From NCBI GenBank assembly GCA_965219095.1, contig CBDCMT010000001.1, positions 320,001-384,000 on the forward strand: DNA of 64,000 nucleotides, written 5' to 3'. The stretch is from Bdellovibrionales bacterium (GTDB taxonomy: Bacteria > Bdellovibrionota > Bdellovibrionia > Bdellovibrionales > UBA1609). The notes beneath the pieces were generated by a model. That model saw nothing but the letters and a program-made list of their open reading frames with translations, was not told the DNA's origin and did no database searches. The translations under genes and the position numbers were made by a program. Shown piece after piece: positions 61,415-64,000 of this stretch. Within the stretch, counting starts at the first letter, position 1. The number at the start of each line of letters is the position of its first letter.

Positions 61415-63211
61415 ATGCAAGGTAAGTTATTAGAAATACGAAAGAAACTAGGTCTTAGCCAAGAAGAGTTAGCATTTAGGTTGGGGGTCTCTTTCGCCAC
61501 TGTCAACCGCTGGGAGAATAAAAAAACTGCCATTAGAAAATCTGCCAAAGAAAAAATAGAAGAGCTATACAGAGAAGTATCTCATATAGATGAAAATGTG
61601 GAAACAGAGATGAGCACAAAAAGAACAAAAAGGGGGGTCCATAAAAGCTCAATTCTAAGCAATAAATCTATGGAGCAAATGCTCTGGAATGCCGCCTGCT
61701 CTATTAGGGGAGAAAAAGATGCTCCTAAATTCAAAGACTATATTTTGCCTCTACTCTTTATAAAACGCCTGTCTGATGTTTTTGATGATGAAGTAAAGAA
61801 AATTACTGAAGAATTTGGAGATAAAAAAACGGCTTTAAAAATGATTAAAATAGATAGGTCTCTTGTTCGCTTCTATATTCCAAACGAAGCACATTGGTCA
61901 GTAATTAGCGGAAAAGAATCTTTTAAATGGCCAAAGGACAAGCAACCTCACAGCTTAGGAGAGCAGCTCACTCTCACCATGCGATCCATTGTAAAAGCTA
62001 ACCCCAAACACAACCTTAGTGGGGTGATTGATCTTGTGGATTACAATGCTACCCAACAAGGGGAAAGAGAAATTAGTGATGCTGCCTTAAGAGGTATTAT
62101 AGAGGCTTTTTCCGATTCGATGTATCGTCTGGGCTTGCAAGACGTAGAGCCTGATTTTTTAGGTAGAGCCTATGAATTCTTGCTTAGAAAATTTGCTGAA
62201 GAAAGTGGGCAGACAGCAGGGGAGTTTTTCACTCCCCGTGAAGTAGGCTTTATTATGGCCAAAATACTCCGTCCTAAAGGTGGAGAAACAGCCTATGACT
62301 ATGCTTGTGGCTCTTTTGGTCTCTTAGTAAAATTGCAGATTGTTCTTAAAGACTCTAACCCTTTAAATAGGCTTCCTCTGAAACTTTATGGGCAAGAGTT
62401 AAATAAAGATAATTTTGCATTAGGTTCTATGAATAAAATCCTTCATGACAGTGATGGAGAAATTCAAAGAGGAGACTCTATGGTAAACCCTAAGTTTAGG
62501 GAAAAAGATGGGAGTCTTAAAACTTTTGACATAGTAATAGCTAATCCCATGTGGAATCAGCCCTTTGAAACATCGATTTATGAAAATGATCCTTTTGAGA
62601 GATTTGAAAATCATGGTGGCTTTACTTCAGGAAAAGGAGACTGGGCTTGGCTTCAAAATACCGTAGCCTCTCTTAACTCCAAAGGAAGAGCGGCTGTTGT
62701 TTTAGATACTGGTGCTGTAACTCAAGGAAGCGGCTCAAAACATGATGATAAAGAAAAAATGATTAGAAAATGGTTTGTAGAAAAAGATTTAATAGAAGGA
62801 GTTCTTTTATTTCCTGAAAACCTTTTTTACAACACTTCAGCGTCTGGAATTATTGTTTTCTTAACCAAAAATAAGCCAAAAAATAAAAAAGATAAAATCA
62901 CTTTATTAAATGCTAGTAAAGAGTTTTACAAGGGAAGACCAAAGAATCATATCTCAGAAGAGAGTATTGAGAGAATAGCTAAAGCTTTTATAAAAGGAGA
63001 AGATGAGGAAAAGTTTGTAAAAGTTATTACAAAAAAAGAAGCTGAAAAAAACGATTACAATCTCTCTCCCTCGCGTTTCATCAGCTTAGCTGATGCTGAA
63101 ACTTATAGAGAAATTCCAGAGGTGCTAGATGAGCTTAAGGCATTAAGATCAAAATCTAAAAAAATAGATAAAGAGTTAAGCGAAATAATGTCCAAAATAG
63201 ATTTAAAATAA
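61415..63211 (+). CDS. hsdM: Type I RM methyltransferase with an N-terminal XRE HTH
   Basis: LSQEELA HTH; LW.AA...RG, GEFFTP, DYACGS and ANPMW motifs. Confidence 0.92.
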   Translation: MQGKLLEIRKKLGLSQEELAFRLGVSFATVNRWENKKTAIRKSAKEKIEELYREVSHIDENVETEMSTKRTKRGVHKSSILSNKSMEQMLWNAACSIRGEKDAPKFKDYILPLLFIKRLSDVFDDEVKKITEEFGDKKTALKMIKIDRSLVRFYIPNEAHWSVISGKESFKWPKDKQPHSLGEQLTLTMRSIVKANPKHNLSGVIDLVDYNATQQGEREISDAALRGIIEAFSDSMYRLGLQDVEPDFLGRAYEFLLRKFAEESGQTAGEFFTPREVGFIMAKILRPKGGETAYDYACGSFGLLVKLQIVLKDSNPLNRLPLKLYGQELNKDNFALGSMNKILHDSDGEIQRGDSMVNPKFREKDGSLKTFDIVIANPMWNQPFETSIYENDPFERFENHGGFTSGKGDWAWLQNTVASLNSKGRAAVVLDTGAVTQGSGSKHDDKEKMIRKWFVEKDLIEGVLLFPENLFYNTSASGIIVFLTKNKPKNKKDKITLLNASKEFYKGRPKNHISEESIERIAKAFIKGEDEEKFVKVITKKEAEKNDYNLSPSRFISLADAETYREIPEVLDELKALRSKSKKIDKELSEIMSKIDLK

Positions 63212-63232
63212 CTTTTTATAGAGGGTGTTTAT

Positions 63233-64000
63233 ATGAAGAAAAACTTGGAAGCAAAAAATAAAACCGTTCTGTTTCAAAGCCATAAGATCAGAAGGGCTTG
63301 GCATAATAATGAGTGGTATTACTCTGTGGTGGATATTGTAGAGGTTTTGACAGATAGCACTAATCCAACAGATTATTTAAGAAAAATTCGCAAGAGAGAT
63401 ATTGAACTAAAGGGCTACCTTGGGACAAATTGTCCCAAGGTAGAAATGATGACTGATAGTGGTAAGAAAAGGAAGATTCTAGCCGGAAATGCTAAAGATG
63501 TCCTCCGTCTTATCCAATCCATCCCCAGTAAAAAAGCCGAGCCATTTAAATTGTGGCTGGCCCAAGTAGGAAAAGAAAGACTAGATGAGATAGAAAACCC
63601 TGAACTAGCTCAGGAAAGAATGAAATCTCTTTATGAAAAAAAGGGCTATCCTAAAGACTGGATTGATAAGCGTCTAAGGGGCATTGCCATTCGTCAAAAC
63701 CTTACAGATGAATGGAAAGAGCGGGGAATTACCTCTGACAAAGGCTACTCTATTTTAACCGCCGAAATATCCAAAGCTACTTTTGGAATGACCCCAAACA
63801 CATACAAAAGCTTTAAAGGGATACCTAAAACTTCAAAAGCCAATCTCAGGGATAATATGAACGATCTAGAGTTAATTTTTACTATGCTTGGTGAAAAAGT
63901 CACAACTGAAATTTCTAAAAAAGAAAAGCCAAAGGATATGCCTGAAAATAAAAAAGTAGCACGCCGAGGTGGCTCTGTCGCTGGAAAGGCAAGAAAAGAA
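63233..64000 (+). CDS. BRO-N domain protein (runs off the window)
   Basis: Manual translation: IRRAWHNNEWYYSVVDIV...IQSIPSKKAEPFKLWLA...NLRDNM. Confidence 0.85.
   Translation, partial: MKKNLEAKNKTVLFQSHKIRRAWHNNEWYYSVVDIVEVLTDSTNPTDYLRKIRKRDIELKGYLGTNCPKVEMMTDSGKKRKILAGNAKDVLRLIQSIPSKKAEPFKLWLAQVGKERLDEIENPELAQERMKSLYEKKGYPKDWIDKRLRGIAIRQNLTDEWKERGITSDKGYSILTAEISKATFGMTPNTYKSFKGIPKTSKANLRDNMNDLELIFTMLGEKVTTEISKKEKPKDMPENKKVARRGGSVAGKARKE

Overview
AT-rich bacterial chromosome segment; a Bdellovibrionota-like, possibly host-associated organism is inferred from a TIGR02147-like regulator, Sel1 expansion and heavy IS load. A few housekeeping genes (lysS, class I aldolase, msrA, PLP decarboxylase, NAD epimerase) are scattered among nested IS630, IS1634, IS66, IS5, ISL3, IS256 and IS110 elements and their MITEs. 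The centre is a ~30.1 kb integrative conjugative element (19188-49300) integrated at the CCACCA end of tRNA-Met(CAT). It has a large serine recombinase, a Replic_Relax-like relaxase, a coupling protein and VirB2/3/4/5/6/8/10-like genes. Its cargo is a Type III RM system, an RloC-like ATPase, a broken nuclease-STAND NTPase, a HEPN-like repeat protein and a Sel1 protease. Most notable: the right end is followed by 782 bp of a second tandem copy, so the attP junction is visible. attP lies inside the recombinase gene. When it forms, a 12-aa tRNA-derived tail is replaced in frame by a Met-less 156-aa HTH + recombinase-domain module from the other end of the element (606 aa to 750 aa). The window ends in a Type I RM hsdM gene and a BRO-N gene. 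All family assignments come from motif recognition by eye, not database searches.
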